A stretch of DNA of 49,442 nt from a virus. Lineage: Duplodnaviria > Heunggongvirae > Uroviricota > Caudoviricetes. The stretch lies in the IMG/VR virus record IMGVR_UViG_2537561691_000009. One strand, given 5' to 3'. The first letter of the stretch is position 1. Every line of letters starts with the position of its first letter. This document shows positions 37,306 to 48,549 of this stretch, piece after piece. Both the position numbers and the translations under genes were made by a program. The notes under the pieces are model-generated. The model saw only the letters and a program-made list of their open reading frames with translations. It was not told where the DNA came from and searched no databases.

Positions 37306-37883
37306 ACACGGCAGCGGAAGCCATTCGCGCCCTGTCGATGCAGATGCCGGGCTTTCGCCTTCAGATGAACGAAGGCTGGTACCAGATACGTATTGCCGGT
37401 GAAGACACGGCACCGGAGGTGGTGTACGCCCGCCTTCACGAACAGCTGGGTGAGGGAACGGTCATCCACATTGTGCCGCGACTGGCCGGGGCCGGAAAGG
37501 GTGGACTGCAGATTGTGTTGGGGGCGGCAGCCATCGTGGGCTCTTTCTTCACTGCCGGGGCATCAATGGCGTTATGGGGTTCAGCCCTGGCAGCCGGTGG
37601 TTTTTCTGCCACCACGATGCTGTTTTCACTTGGAGCCAGCATGATTCTGGGCGGTGTGGCCCAGATGCTGGCCCCGAAGGCAAAAACACCGGATTACCGC
37701 GCAACGGATAACGGCAGACAGAACACGTACTTTTCCTCGCTGGATAACATGATTGCCCAGGGGAACTCGATGCCGGTGCCTTACGGGGAAATGCTGGTTG
37801 GCTCCCGCCGTATATCCCAGGACATCAGCACCCGTGATGAAGGCGGGGGCGGAAAGGTCGTGGTTATCGGGCGACAGGGATAA
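37203..37883 (+). CDS. I: Tail tip assembly protein I
   Basis: 226 aa; lambda gpI-like (ICLHGDLQRFGRR...). Confidence 0.88.
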   Translation: MATTNAFCLASPPLAHICLHGDLQRFGRRLSLYVNTAAEAIRALSMQMPGFRLQMNEGWYQIRIAGEDTAPEVVYARLHEQLGEGTVIHIVPRLAGAGKGGLQIVLGAAAIVGSFFTAGASMALWGSALAAGGFSATTMLFSLGASMILGGVAQMLAPKAKTPDYRATDNGRQNTYFSSLDNMIAQGNSMPVPYGEMLVGSRRISQDISTRDEGGGGKVVVIGRQG

Positions 37884-37930
37884 AACATAAAAAAATCCCG
37901 CAGTGATCGCGGAGCTGCGGGGACAGACAA

Positions 37931-38056
37931 ATGAAGATCAATGTGAAGGAGTTGTTTTTGTTACTCGGGCAAAAAAACACTAACGCAGTGAAATTATACG
38001 CGCCACAGTCAGTGTGTGAAAATGTGAAGATATTCAGAAATTTTATTCCGTCATGA
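37931..38056 (+). CDS. Possible small ORF (41 aa) in 240-bp I-J intergenic insertion
   Basis: Hand-translated MKINVKELFLLLGQKNTNAVKLYAPQSVCENVKIFRNFIPS; no clear SD. Confidence 0.2.
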   Translation: MKINVKELFLLLGQKNTNAVKLYAPQSVCENVKIFRNFIPS

Positions 38057-38123
38057 CGCAGGCACCCGGTGAGGTGCCTGTTGTTTTTGTGAGTGAACAA
38101 TTATCACGGTAAGAGGTGATGTA

Positions 38124-41100
38124 ATGGGCAAAGGTGGCGGCAAGGCGCACACACCGCGTGAGGCGAAAGACAATCTCAAATCCACGCAGATGATGAGCGT
38201 GATTGATGCGATTGGTGAGGGGCCGATAGATGGCCCGGTGAAAGGCCTGCAGAGTATTCTGGTGAACAAAACCCCGCTGACGGACACGGACGGTAATCCC
38301 GTGATACACGGTGTGACCGCGGTCTGGCGTGCCGGGGAGCAGGAGCAGACACCACCGGAAGGCTTTGAGTCCTCCGGCTCTGAAACTGTACTGGGTGTCG
38401 AAGTGACCAGGGCAAAACCGGTAACACGCACCATTACGTCAGCGAACATTGACCGCCTGCGGGTGACCTTCGGGGTGCAGTCACTGGTGGAGACCACGTC
38501 AAAGGGTGACCGTAATCCGTCCTCTGTCCGTCTGCTGATTCAGTTACAGCGTAACGGTAACTGGGTGACAGAAAAGGATGTCACCATTAACGGCAAGACC
38601 ACCTCACAGTTCCTGGCCTCGGTGATTCTGGATAATCTGCCTCCCCGCCCCTTTAACATCCGGATGGTCAGGGAGACGGCGGACAGCACCACGGACCAGC
38701 TGCAGAACAGAACGCTGTGGTCGTCATACACCGAAATCATCGATGTGAAACAGTGCTACCCGAACACGGCCATTGTGGGGATGCAGGTGGATGCGGAGCA
38801 GTTTGGTGGTCAGCAGATGACGGTGAACTACCATATCCGCGGTCGCATCATCCAGGTGCCGTCAAACTATGACCCGGAAAAACGCACGTACAGTGGTATC
38901 TGGGACGGCAGTCTGAAACCGGCATACAGCAACAATCCGGCTTGGTGTCTGTGGGACATGCTGACTCACCCGCGCTACGGCATGGGAAAACGTCTGGGGG
39001 CGGCGGATGTGGACAAGTGGGCGCTGTATGCCATCGGGCAGTACTGCGACCAGATGGTGCCGGATGGCTTCGGGGGCACCGAGCCGCGGATGACCTTCAA
39101 TGCGTACCTGGCACAACAGCGTAAGGCGTGGGATGTTCTCAGTGATTTCTGCTCGGCGATGCGCTGTATGCCGGTATGGAACGGCCAGATGCTGACGTTT
39201 GTTCAGGACCGCCTGTCGGATGTGGTGTGGCCGTACACCAACAGCGATGTGGTGGTGGATGATAACGGCGTGGGGTTCCGCTACAGCTTCAGTGCCCTGA
39301 AGGACCGGCACACGGCGGTGGAGGTGAATTACACCGACCCGCAGAACGGCTGGCAGACCTCCACGGAGCTGGTGGAAGACCCGGAAGCCATACTGCGCTA
39401 CGGGCGCAATCTGCTGAAGATGGACGCGTTCGGCTGTACCAGCCGCGGTCAGGCCCACCGTGCCGGACTGTGGGTGATAAAGACCGAACTGCTGGAAACG
39501 CAGACGGTGGATTTCACGCTCGGGTCTCAGGGGCTGCGGCACACACCCGGTGACATTATTGAAATCTGTGATAATGACTATGCCGGGACCCTGACCGGCG
39601 GACGTGTCCTGTCCATTGATGCTGCCACCCGCACCCTGACGCTGGACCGTGAGGTTACCCTGCCGGAGACCGGTGCCGCCACGGTGAACCTGATTAACGG
39701 CAGCGGTAAGCCGGTGAGTGTGGACATCACCGAACACCCCGCGCCGGACCGGATACAGGTCAGTACCCTGCCTGATGGTGTGGAGACATACGGGGTGTGG
39801 GGACTCTCCCTGCCGTCACTGCGCCGTCGCCTGTTCCGCTGTGTCTCCATCCGGGAAAACACGGACGGCACCTTTGCCATCACGGCGGTGCAGCACGTAC
39901 CGGAAAAAGAAGCCATCGTGGATAACGGTGCCCGCTTTGAGCCGCAGTCAGGTTCCCTGAACAGCGTCATCCCACCGGCAGTGCAGCACCTGACGGTGGA
40001 GGTGAGCGCAGCTGACGGCCAGTATCTGGCGCAGGCGAAATGGGACACGCCGCGGGTGGTGAAGGGTGTGCGCTTCAGTCTGCGCCTGACCAGTGGTAAG
40101 GGAACGGATGCCAGACTGGTGACCACCGCCATCACCGCAGACACGGAGCACCGTTTCAGCGGCCTGCCGCTCGGGGAATACACCCTGACGGTGCGGGCGA
40201 TAAACAGCTATGGCCAGCAGGGTGAACCTGCCACCACCACCTTCCGGATTACCGCACCGGCAGCACCGTCGCGGATTGAGCTGACGCCGGGCTATTTTCA
40301 GATAACCGCAACGCCACATCTTGCCGTTTATGACCCGACGGTACAGTTTGAGTTCTGGTTCTCGGAAAAGCGGATTGCGGATATCAGGCAGGTTGAAACC
40401 GCAGCCCGCTATCTTGGCTCGGCGCTGTACTGGATAGCTGCCAGTATCAATATCAAACCGGGCCATGATTATTATTTTTATATCCGCAGTGTGAATACTG
40501 TTGGCAAATCGGCATTCGTGGAGGCTGTCGGTCGGGCGAGCGATGATGCGGAAGGTTACCTGGATTTTTTCAAAGGAGAAATCGGGAAAACACATCTGGC
40601 CCAGGAGCTGTGGACGCAGATTGATAACGGTCAGCTTGCGCCGGACCTGGCTGAAATCAGGACGTCCATTACGAATGTCAGCAATGAAATCACGCAGACC
40701 GTCAATAAAAAACTGGAAAATCAGAGTGCGGCAATCCAGCAGATACAGAAAGTTCAGGTTGATACAAATAATAACCTGAACAGCATGTGGGCCGTGAAAC
40801 TGCAGCAGATGCAGGACGGACGCCTTTATATTGCGGGTATCGGTGCCGGTATTGAGAATACGCCAGCAGGAATGCAGAGTCAGGTGCTGCTGGCGGCAGA
40901 CAGGATTGCGATGATTAATCCTGCGAATGGCAACACAAAGCCGATGTTTGTTGGTCAGGGCGATCAGATATTTATGAATGAAGTGTTCCTGAAATATCTG
41001 ACGGCTCCCACCATTACCAGCGGCGGGAATCCTCCGGCATTTTCCCTGACACCGGACGGGCGGCTGACGGCGAAAAATGCCGATATCAGCGGTAACGTGA

Positions 41101-41597
41101 ATGCGAACTCCGGGACGCTCAACAACGTCACGATTAACGAGAACTGTCGGGTTCTGGGAAAATTGTCCGCGAACCAGATTGAAGGCGATCTCGTTAAAAC
41201 AGTGGGCAAAGCTTTCCCCCGGGACTCCCGTGCACCGGAGCGGTGGCCATCAGGAACCATTACCGTCAGGGTTTATGACGATCAGCCGTTTGACCGGCAG
41301 ATTGTTATTCCGGCGGTGGCATTCAGCGGCGCTAAACATGAGAAAGAGCATACTGATATTTACTCCTCATGCCGTCTGATAGTGCGGAAAAACGGTGCTG
41401 AAATTTATAACCGTACCGCGCTGGATAATACGCTGATTTACAGTGGTGTTATTGATATGCCTGCCGGTCACGGTCACATGACACTGGAGTTTTCGGTGTC
41501 AGCATGGCTGGTAAATAACTGGTATCCCACAGCAAGTATCAGCGATTTGCTGGTTGTGGTGATGAAGAAAGCCACTGCAGGCATCACGATTAGCTGA
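38124..41597 (+). CDS. J: Central tail fibre / host specificity protein J
   Basis: 1157 aa; size and position of lambda gpJ. Confidence 0.92.
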   Translation: MGKGGGKAHTPREAKDNLKSTQMMSVIDAIGEGPIDGPVKGLQSILVNKTPLTDTDGNPVIHGVTAVWRAGEQEQTPPEGFESSGSETVLGVEVTRAKPVTRTITSANIDRLRVTFGVQSLVETTSKGDRNPSSVRLLIQLQRNGNWVTEKDVTINGKTTSQFLASVILDNLPPRPFNIRMVRETADSTTDQLQNRTLWSSYTEIIDVKQCYPNTAIVGMQVDAEQFGGQQMTVNYHIRGRIIQVPSNYDPEKRTYSGIWDGSLKPAYSNNPAWCLWDMLTHPRYGMGKRLGAADVDKWALYAIGQYCDQMVPDGFGGTEPRMTFNAYLAQQRKAWDVLSDFCSAMRCMPVWNGQMLTFVQDRLSDVVWPYTNSDVVVDDNGVGFRYSFSALKDRHTAVEVNYTDPQNGWQTSTELVEDPEAILRYGRNLLKMDAFGCTSRGQAHRAGLWVIKTELLETQTVDFTLGSQGLRHTPGDIIEICDNDYAGTLTGGRVLSIDAATRTLTLDREVTLPETGAATVNLINGSGKPVSVDITEHPAPDRIQVSTLPDGVETYGVWGLSLPSLRRRLFRCVSIRENTDGTFAITAVQHVPEKEAIVDNGARFEPQSGSLNSVIPPAVQHLTVEVSAADGQYLAQAKWDTPRVVKGVRFSLRLTSGKGTDARLVTTAITADTEHRFSGLPLGEYTLTVRAINSYGQQGEPATTTFRITAPAAPSRIELTPGYFQITATPHLAVYDPTVQFEFWFSEKRIADIRQVETAARYLGSALYWIAASINIKPGHDYYFYIRSVNTVGKSAFVEAVGRASDDAEGYLDFFKGEIGKTHLAQELWTQIDNGQLAPDLAEIRTSITNVSNEITQTVNKKLENQSAAIQQIQKVQVDTNNNLNSMWAVKLQQMQDGRLYIAGIGAGIENTPAGMQSQVLLAADRIAMINPANGNTKPMFVGQGDQIFMNEVFLKYLTAPTITSGGNPPAFSLTPDGRLTAKNADISGNVNANSGTLNNVTINENCRVLGKLSANQIEGDLVKTVGKAFPRDSRAPERWPSGTITVRVYDDQPFDRQIVIPAVAFSGAKHEKEHTDIYSSCRLIVRKNGAEIYNRTALDNTLIYSGVIDMPAGHGHMTLEFSVSAWLVNNWYPTASISDLLVVVMKKATAGITIS

Positions 41598-41616
41598 ATT
41601 TTATAACCCAGATACG

Positions 41617-41641
41617 GGCGCCAGAAATGGCGCCTTTTTTA
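41617..41641 (+). terminator. Rho-independent terminator after J (ggcgcc-agaaat-ggcgcc + T7)
   Basis: Perfect 6-bp GC stem plus T-run. Confidence 0.7.
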
Positions 41642-41664
41642 TTGCAGAAAAGCGAGAGGTAATT

Positions 41665-42264
41665 ATGCGTAAATTATGTGCTGTTATTTTGTCCGCAGTA
41701 GTCTGGCAGGTCGCCGCTGCTACGCCAGCGAGTGCAGCAGAACATCAGTCCACGCTGAGCGCGGGGTATCTCCATGCCTCGACGAACGTTCCCGGTAGTG
41801 ATGATCTGAACGGGATTAACGTGAAATACCGTTATGAGTTTACGGACACGCTGGGGCTGGTGACGTCATTCAGTTATGCCAATGCCAAAGATGAGCAAAA
41901 AACGCATTACAGCGATACCCGCTGGCATGAAGATTCCGTGCGTAACCGCTGGTTCAGCGTGATGGCGGGGCCGTCTGTGCGCGTGAATGAATGGTTCAGC
42001 GCGTATGCGATGGCGGGTGTGGCTTACAGCCGTGTGTCGACTTTCTCCGGGGATTATCTCCGCGTAACTGACAACAAGGGGAAAACGCACGATGTGCTGA
42101 CCGGAAGTGATGACGGTCGCCACAGCAACACGTCTCTGGCGTGGGGGGCTGGCGTGCAGTTTAACCCGACCGAATCCGTGACCATTGACCTTGCTTATGA
42201 AGGTTCCGGTAGTGGCGACTGGCGAACGGATGCATTTATTGTTGGTATCGGATACCGTTTCTGA
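41665..42264 (+). CDS. lom: Lom-like outer membrane beta-barrel protein (Ail/Lom/OmpX family)
   Basis: 199 aa with signal peptide and C-terminal GIGYRF; follows J as in lambda. Confidence 0.88.
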   Translation: MRKLCAVILSAVVWQVAAATPASAAEHQSTLSAGYLHASTNVPGSDDLNGINVKYRYEFTDTLGLVTSFSYANAKDEQKTHYSDTRWHEDSVRNRWFSVMAGPSVRVNEWFSAYAMAGVAYSRVSTFSGDYLRVTDNKGKTHDVLTGSDDGRHSNTSLAWGAGVQFNPTESVTIDLAYEGSGSGDWRTDAFIVGIGYRF

Positions 42265-42368
42265 CAACAGACGCCGATTTATCTTCTGTAAATATTGTTA
42301 TGATACGCAGGTTCATCCACCTTATGGGGTGAACTGCGTTTGAGGAAACGTAAAGTTACACTGTCCTG

Positions 42369-42401
42369 AAGCCCGTGGCGTCACTGCTGCGGGCTTTTTT
42401 T
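42369..42401 (+). terminator. Rho-independent terminator after lom
   Basis: aagcccg...cgggctt hairpin followed by T7. Confidence 0.65.
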
Positions 42402-42415
42402 ATTGGTGGAAAAGT

Positions 42416-45322
42416 ATGACAGTAAAAATTTCTGGCGTGCTTAAAGATGGCACAGGAAAACCAGTACAGAACTGCACCATTGTGCTGAAGGCCAGACGAA
42501 CCAGCAGCACGGTGGTGGTGAACACGGTGGCCTCTGAAAATCCGGATGAAGCCGGACGTTACAGCATGGATGTTGAGCATGGTCAGTACAGCGTCACCCT
42601 GCTGGTTGAAGGTTTTCCGCCTTCACATGCCGGGACCATTACCGTCTATGAAGGTTCCAGACCAGGTACGCTGAATGATTTTCTCGGTGCCATGACGGAG
42701 GATGATGTCCGACCGGAGGCACTGCGCCGCTTTGAGCAGATGGTGGAAGAGGTGTCACGTAACGCCTCCGCGGTTGCACAGAATACGGCAGCCGCGAAAA
42801 AATCAGCCAGCGATGCCAGTGCATCAGCCAGCGAGGCGGCAACTCATGCAACCGATGCTGCAGCCTCAGCACGTGCCGCCAGCACGTCAGCCGGACAGGC
42901 CGCGTCGTCGGCTCAGTCAGCGTCTTCCAGCGCAGGAACGGCATCGACAAAGGCCCGTGAAGCAGCAAAAAGTGCTGCTGCTGCAGAGTCATCAAAAAGC
43001 GCGGCAGCTACCAGCGCCAGTGCCGCGAAAACGTCAGAAACGAATGCCGCAGCATCACAAAAATCGGCAGCCACTTCTGCATCCACAGCGACCACGAAGG
43101 CGTCAGAAGCTGCCACCTCGGCACGGGGTGCGGCGGCCTCAAAAGAGGCAGCGAAATCATCAGAAACGAACGCATCATCAAGCGCCAGTAGTGCCGCTTC
43201 CTCGGCAACGGCGGCAGGCAATTCCGCGAAGGCGGCAAAGACGTCTGAGACAAACGCCAGGTCTTCTGAAACGGCAGCGGGACAGAGCGCCTCGGCTGCG
43301 GCAGGCTCAAAAACAGCGGCTGCGTCGTCTGCCAGTGCCGCGTCAACAAGTGCCGGGCAGGCCTCAGCCAGTGCCACCGCCGCCGGAAAATCGGCAGAAA
43401 GCGCCGCATCATCCGCTTCAACAGCCACAACGAAGGCTGGCAAAGCCACTGAGCAAGCCACTGCAGCAGCGAGGTCTGCTTCTGCAGCAAAAACCTCTGA
43501 AACAAATGCAAAGACTTCAGCAGACAATGCTGCTTCCTCTAAGGCGGCAGCCGCATCGTCAGCCAGTTCAGCGGCGTCATCGGCATCATCTGCGTCTGCT
43601 TCAAAAGATGAGGCGACCAGACAAGCGTCAGCAGCGAAAGGTAGTGCCACGACAGCAACAATGAAAGCATCAGAGGCAGCTGGTAGTGTGACGGCGGCAG
43701 CTCAGAGCAAAAGTACGGCGGAATCCGCGGCAACGCGCGCCGAGACAGCAGCAAAACGGGCAGAGGATATTGCATCCGCCGTGGCGCTGGAGGATGCGAG
43801 CACGACGAAAAAGGGGATAGTACAGCTCAGCAGTGCGACCAACAGCACTTCCGAGTCACTGGCGGCAACGCCAAAAGCGGTTAAGGCGGTAATGGGTGAA
43901 ACGAACAAGAAAGCGCCCTTAAATAGTCCTGCACTGACCGGAACGCCAACAACACCAACTGCGCGACAGGGAACGAATAATACCCAAATCGCAAGCACGG
44001 CTTATGTTATGGCTGCGATCGCTGCCCTCGTGGACTCGTCGCCTGACGCACTGAATACGCTGAACGAGCTGGCTGCGGCGTTGGGCAACGACCCGAATTT
44101 TGCGACCACCATGACTAACGCGCTTGCGGGTAAGCAACCGAAAGATGCCACCCTGACGGCGCTGGCCGGGCTTGCTACTGCGGCAGACAGGTTTCCGTAT
44201 TTTACGGGGAATGATGTTGCCAGTCTGGCAACCCTGACAAAAGTTGGGCGGGATATTCTTGCGAAATCGACCGTTGCCGCCGTTATCGAATACCTCGGTT
44301 TACAGGAAACGGTAAACAAGGCTGGTAACGCCGTTCAGCGTTCCGGCGATAAAATGACCGGAGAACTGAAAATTGGCACGGTGAATGCGCTGCGAATTTT
44401 CAATGATGCCTTCGGTCTTATTTTCCGTCGTTCAGAAGATTTTCTTCATTTCATTCCGACGGCTGAAGGACAAGGCGAAAACGGTGATATAGGCCCATTA
44501 AGGCCATTCGCTATAAATCTGAGAACAGGTGCTATATCTGTCAGCCACGGGGCCAAAATTGATGGTGGGCTGGCGCTTGGTACAGATAACGCACTGGGCG
44601 GTAATTCCATTACTCTCGGAGATAACGACACTGGTATTAAACAGGGCGGCGACGGTGTCCTTTTATTCTATTCAAATGGACAACTGGCATTTGGACTTCA
44701 ACCCGCATCTGCTGATTTTTATAAGCGGGTTGCATATATTCATCAGGGAATAATTCCTGATGGAAGTGGCGCATTTGCAGACCAGTTGAATAATGCCACC
44801 GCGCCTTTTGTTCAGACGCAGTTTGCCTGGAATCCCACTCCTGGTGGTCATTACGTGCCGATAGTTAAGGGCTTGTCCATTCGCAATGGACAGGGCTATC
44901 CCGGCGCGGTCAGCTTTGGGTATTTACTGACAGAACAGTATGGATTTCCGGTTCCATGTATTCATATGCGTGGCGATGGCGGTAATGATGCTTTATGGCA
45001 GTTTAACCCGAACGATAAATCCTTTATTTCACCGGGTGCTCTTATTGCGGGTGGCGTCCGTTATAACACCGATGGAAATATATTTGGTGGGTGCTGGGGT
45101 TCAAACTTAAATGATTACCTGAATAGTTCTTTTATCAGAAATGTGCGTCTGGGAGGCAGACGTTCTGACACATTATATCGCGGAGGACTTTGCGAACCAG
45201 GTAATGGTCATGTGACAACAGGATTGCAAATTATTGGTGAGGTTGATGGAGATGACTGGATGGTGTCACGACCACTACAAAAATACATTTCTGGTAACTG
45301 GTATAACGTTGAACAGGCATAG
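42416..45322 (+). CDS. stf: Side tail fibre protein Stf (constant N-terminal part, Ala/Ser-rich repeat region, variable C-terminus inside invertible segment)
   Basis: 968 aa; long A/S/T-rich low-complexity core; gix-like crossover site inside at 44283..44310. Confidence 0.88.
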   Translation: MTVKISGVLKDGTGKPVQNCTIVLKARRTSSTVVVNTVASENPDEAGRYSMDVEHGQYSVTLLVEGFPPSHAGTITVYEGSRPGTLNDFLGAMTEDDVRPEALRRFEQMVEEVSRNASAVAQNTAAAKKSASDASASASEAATHATDAAASARAASTSAGQAASSAQSASSSAGTASTKAREAAKSAAAAESSKSAAATSASAAKTSETNAAASQKSAATSASTATTKASEAATSARGAAASKEAAKSSETNASSSASSAASSATAAGNSAKAAKTSETNARSSETAAGQSASAAAGSKTAAASSASAASTSAGQASASATAAGKSAESAASSASTATTKAGKATEQATAAARSASAAKTSETNAKTSADNAASSKAAAASSASSAASSASSASASKDEATRQASAAKGSATTATMKASEAAGSVTAAAQSKSTAESAATRAETAAKRAEDIASAVALEDASTTKKGIVQLSSATNSTSESLAATPKAVKAVMGETNKKAPLNSPALTGTPTTPTARQGTNNTQIASTAYVMAAIAALVDSSPDALNTLNELAAALGNDPNFATTMTNALAGKQPKDATLTALAGLATAADRFPYFTGNDVASLATLTKVGRDILAKSTVAAVIEYLGLQETVNKAGNAVQRSGDKMTGELKIGTVNALRIFNDAFGLIFRRSEDFLHFIPTAEGQGENGDIGPLRPFAINLRTGAISVSHGAKIDGGLALGTDNALGGNSITLGDNDTGIKQGGDGVLLFYSNGQLAFGLQPASADFYKRVAYIHQGIIPDGSGAFADQLNNATAPFVQTQFAWNPTPGGHYVPIVKGLSIRNGQGYPGAVSFGYLLTEQYGFPVPCIHMRGDGGNDALWQFNPNDKSFISPGALIAGGVRYNTDGNIFGGCWGSNLNDYLNSSFIRNVRLGGRRSDTLYRGGLCEPGNGHVTTGLQIIGEVDGDDWMVSRPLQKYISGNWYNVEQA
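44283..44310. promoter_or_regulatory. Left crossover site (gix/hix-like) of invertible tail-fibre segment
   Basis: ttatcgaatacctcggtttacaggaaac; inverted copy at 47364..47389 (22 of 26 positions match). Confidence 0.7.
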
Positions 45323-45337
45323 CCATCAGGAGAATAT

Positions 45338-45865
45338 ATGCAACATCTGAAAAATATTACCGCCGGAAACCCCAAAACCATTGAGCAGTATCAGCTTACG
45401 AAAAAAGCTGGCGTTATCTGGCTATATACAGAAGACGGTAAAAACTGGTATGACGAATTAAAAAACTTTCAGGATGATACTTTAAAAATAGCTTATGACC
45501 AGAAGGGGATTATTCGTTGTATTGAGAAAGACGTATCAACACTTAACCCTGACGGGTTAAGTGTTGTTGAGTTACCGAATATAACAGCCAACCGTCGCGC
45601 CGATATCTCGGGAAACTGGAAGTTTCTGGATGGTAAAGTAGTAAAGCGGGAATATACAAAACAGGAACTGCAACAGCAGGCAGAGTTACAAAAAGCCGCT
45701 TTGCTTTCCGAAGCGGAGTCTGTGATTCAACCGCTGGAACGTGCTGTCAGACTGAATATGGCAACTGATGAGGAACGCACACGACTGGAATCATGGGAAC
45801 GCTACAGCGTTATGGTCAGCCGTGTGGATACTGCAAAGCCTGAATGGCCACAGAAACCAGAATAA
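45338..45865 (+). CDS. tfa: Tail fibre assembly protein Tfa
   Basis: 175 aa directly after stf. Confidence 0.85.
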   Translation: MQHLKNITAGNPKTIEQYQLTKKAGVIWLYTEDGKNWYDELKNFQDDTLKIAYDQKGIIRCIEKDVSTLNPDGLSVVELPNITANRRADISGNWKFLDGKVVKREYTKQELQQQAELQKAALLSEAESVIQPLERAVRLNMATDEERTRLESWERYSVMVSRVDTAKPEWPQKPE

Positions 45866-45874
45866 CAACAAATT

Positions 45875-45894
45875 AAGGCCCGTACGGGCCTTTT
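45875..45894. terminator. Bidirectional terminator hairpin between convergent tfa genes
   Basis: aaggcccgtacgggcctttt. Confidence 0.6.
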
Positions 45895-45895
45895 C

Positions 45896-46429
45896 TTATT
45901 CTGGTGGTTCCGGGAATGTTACAGGAAGAACCGAGGTATCAGTTGTCTCAACCTGTTGCACGTATCGCATCCAGTTCATCAGTTGCTGTCTGTCTGAATC
46001 AGTGATAATCCCCAAAGTAAGCTGTGTTTGCCAGAACTGCGTTTTTTCTCTGGCCTGCTGTAATAATATTTTTTTCTGGTTTTCCGTCTGTAGGCGCAAC
46101 TCTTCTTCGGTATATACACGTTTAATGACTGCGCCATCTTTAAACATCCATTTACCTGAGTCGTCAGCACGCCGGTTGGCGGTAATATCAGGAATCTCAA
46201 CGACGCTATAACCTTCAGGGTTAAGTGTGGAGGCATCTTTGGTTATGGCAACAATAATATTATTTTCATCGTAAACAATCTTTATGGTGTCTGGCTGAAA
46301 GTTTTTCACTTCCTCATACCAGTTTTTTTCGTCCTCAGAGTAAAGCCAGATAACTCCGTGTTTCTTTGTTAACTCATACTGTTCCAGTGTTTTAGCATTA
46401 CCCGCTTTTATGTTCTTTAAGTGCATCAT
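45896..46429 (-). CDS. Alternative tail fibre assembly protein Tfa'
   Basis: 177-aa ORF resembling tfa at 45338..45865 in reading and layout, inverse orientation. Confidence 0.8.
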   Translation of the reverse strand: MMHLKNIKAGNAKTLEQYELTKKHGVIWLYSEDEKNWYEEVKNFQPDTIKIVYDENNIIVAITKDASTLNPEGYSVVEIPDITANRRADDSGKWMFKDGAVIKRVYTEEELRLQTENQKKILLQQAREKTQFWQTQLTLGIITDSDRQQLMNWMRYVQQVETTDTSVLPVTFPEPPE

Positions 46430-46430
46430 A

Positions 46431-47381
46431 TTAAACGCTCGCTACATTATACCAGGTGCCATTTATATACTTTTGAACGGGTCTGTAATAAACGCCCGCT
46501 ATATTATCGGCAGAGTTAGACCCTGTATCCTGAACATTAATACCAGACAATACATGACCTGAAGGGCACCGGAAATACCATGTTTGCCAGTTGTTCACTC
46601 CATAATATTGCTGTGAACCAAGTCGAACATCTTTCACATAACGGGAATCAAAGTTACCGTAATCCGAGGGGTTAACACGCCCTGTAATATTTATGGTTTT
46701 ATTACTTTGAATGCTTCCGGAGACAAAGCGCATAACATGGACGTTATTAGCATAAACATCCAGATTACCATCGCCATTTTGTTTAAAGCCCGTGTCATTA
46801 TCACCCAATACAATCGAATTACCGCCAAGAGCACTGGATGTTCCGATACCCAGTGTACCATTCAGTTGACCACCAGATAACGGCAGTGCACCAACATCTC
46901 CTGCTGAAGGTTTTCTGGTGGTGGTGTAAAATTCGGACCAGTCGGCTTCAAAACCATAACCATCACGGGCTGAACGATAAAAAACACCGCCATTTTTATA
47001 ATTAATCCGAAACTGAGCTGCAGGACAACTTCCTTCTCCCATATAAAAATGAATAATTAACGTTGATGCACCACTAATAGTTGCGTTATAGGCTCCGCTA
47101 CTCCAGTTCCATCCAACTGCTTTATCATTCGCAACGGTGCTTCCTGTTTTCCCTAAGGCAAACGCACCAACATGACTTGCTTTTAATGTGATATCGGAGG
47201 AACCATCAAAAGCCACATTGCTTATTTTCCTGGCAGTTTTTAATTTTGCAGCTGTAGAAGCATTGCCGGATAGTTCACCAGAAAGGCCACCGCTGAATGT
47301 TTGTCGATTAGTCCAGGTATTCGCTGTACTGAGTAACGGTATTTTCTCCCCGCTTGTGCCGAGTTCTCGTAAACCGAGGTT
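46431..47381 (-). CDS. Alternative Stf C-terminal segment (no independent start; joined to stf constant part upon inversion)
   Basis: Minus-strand frame open from the right crossover site to 46431; shares LGGNSI.LGDNDTG.KQ and RP.QKYI.G.WYNV motifs with the stf C-terminus. Confidence 0.75.
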   Translation of the reverse strand, partial: NLGLRELGTSGEKIPLLSTANTWTNRQTFSGGLSGELSGNASTAAKLKTARKISNVAFDGSSDITLKASHVGAFALGKTGSTVANDKAVGWNWSSGAYNATISGASTLIIHFYMGEGSCPAAQFRINYKNGGVFYRSARDGYGFEADWSEFYTTTRKPSAGDVGALPLSGGQLNGTLGIGTSSALGGNSIVLGDNDTGFKQNGDGNLDVYANNVHVMRFVSGSIQSNKTINITGRVNPSDYGNFDSRYVKDVRLGSQQYYGVNNWQTWYFRCPSGHVLSGINVQDTGSNSADNIAGVYYRPVQKYINGTWYNVASV

Positions 47382-47389
47382 TTAGATAA
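47364..47389. promoter_or_regulatory. Right crossover site (gix/hix-like, inverted)
   Basis: ttctcgtaaaccgaggttttagataa, inverted copy of the site at 44283..44310. Confidence 0.7.
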
Positions 47390-47443
47390 TGGCGGTTTCT
47401 GGCCTGTATGGCATGATTTGTGCTTTTGGACGGGAGATTCAGC

Positions 47444-47680
47444 GTGCTGATTGGCTATGTAAGGGTATCAACAAATGACCAGAATACAGATCTGCAACGA
47501 AACGCTCTTGTTTGTGCAGGATATGAACAAATATTTGAAGATAAATTAAGCGGAACAAGGACAGGCCGACCTGGATTAAAACGTGCTTTAAAGCGCCTTC
47601 AAAAAGGTGACGCACTGGTTGTCTGAAAACTGGACTGACTGGTTCACTGTATGCGGCATCTTGTCGTGCTGGTGGTGGAA
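47444..47680 (+). pseudogene. pin: Decayed Pin/Gin/Hin-family serine DNA invertase (nonsense codons and 3' truncation)
   Basis: N-terminus MLIGYVRVSTNDQNTDLQRNALVCAG... is invertase-like but an in-frame TGA follows GDALVV, a second stop follows in the KLD...L.VHCMRHL remnant, and the gene ends at a tfa 3' repeat. Confidence 0.75.
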
Positions 47681-47819
47681 GCCTGGAAAAAGTATCGGGT
47701 GTTGCTGAACCGTGTTGATACATCAACTGCACCTGATATTGAGTGGCCTACGAACCCTGTCAGGGAGTAATCATTGGGATTATGCCGCAGCACGTCTTAA
47801 GCAAGAACGTGCTGCGGTT
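47678..47819. repeat. Direct repeat copy 1 (tfa 3' end fragment plus terminator hairpin)
   Basis: About 142 bp with only scattered mismatches relative to 48727..48869, including an identical 39-bp core. Confidence 0.8.
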
Positions 47820-47824
47820 GGATG

Positions 47825-48493
47825 CTATTTTTTCCCTGAAGCGGAAAACATTACTACAGTACCTTGAACCTTGGTTTTAACATTCTCGAAATGCTCTGAG
47901 AGTATATGTGTTAAGCCTTCTTCGGAATCTTTTGTGTTTGAAAAGATGCCTTTCTGATTGTAAATGCGCATCAGTTTTTGACCGAAGCTATTGTGCACAA
48001 CTCCATCGCCAAGAATTGTGGCTCCGTATAGAGTTCCATCGTCAGTTAAGGCCTGCGCCGCATTGCGTATTACACAGCTTTTTGTAGATATATTTCCAGG
48101 CAGGCAGTGAAGAAGGTAAAACATGGAAATGGAATCAAATTGACCATGTAACGCCGCGGGATAAGGTTCAAAAACATCATGGCTAATTTTATGTTTAATT
48201 TTTGATTCCCCAGCCCTTGTAGATGCCGCGTTCAGGCTAGCTTCGTTCAAATCCATTAAAGATATCAGACTACTCTCAGGTACGTGAGTAAGGTAAAACC
48301 CAGTTCCAACACCAATATCCAGATGGTTGTTACCTACATGTTCCAGAAAGTGTGGAAGAAGGTGTTCCTTTGTAGGACATCCCCATGCAAGCCGATTTGA
48401 TACTCCCAAAACCCACCAGTCATAAAGCTTTAGGGTAAGTGGTGTGTAAATTTTAGCACCATCATCTGTGTTTTTTTTCATTGATTTCACCAT
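47825..48493 (-). CDS. Class I SAM-dependent methyltransferase-like protein (cargo/moron)
   Basis: 222 aa with LDIGVGTG SAM-binding motif; AT-rich; bracketed by tfa 3' direct repeats. Confidence 0.7.
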   Translation of the reverse strand: MVKSMKKNTDDGAKIYTPLTLKLYDWWVLGVSNRLAWGCPTKEHLLPHFLEHVGNNHLDIGVGTGFYLTHVPESSLISLMDLNEASLNAASTRAGESKIKHKISHDVFEPYPAALHGQFDSISMFYLLHCLPGNISTKSCVIRNAAQALTDDGTLYGATILGDGVVHNSFGQKLMRIYNQKGIFSNTKDSEEGLTHILSEHFENVKTKVQGTVVMFSASGKK

Positions 48494-48549
48494 GTTATAG
48501 TTTTATTTGTGAATTAAATCAATTATGGCGATGAATTACAAGGGGTTAA

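Noticed and set aside
38862-40595. Several 200-290-aa minus-strand ORFs
   Set aside because: All antisense to the J gene; Arg/His-rich artefact frames.
42702-43664. 320-aa Pro/Arg/Gln-rich plus-strand ORF and 245-aa Ala-rich minus-strand ORF (42913..43650)
   Set aside because: Alternate frames of the Ala/Ser-rich low-complexity repeat region of stf; the repetitive codons keep off-frames open.
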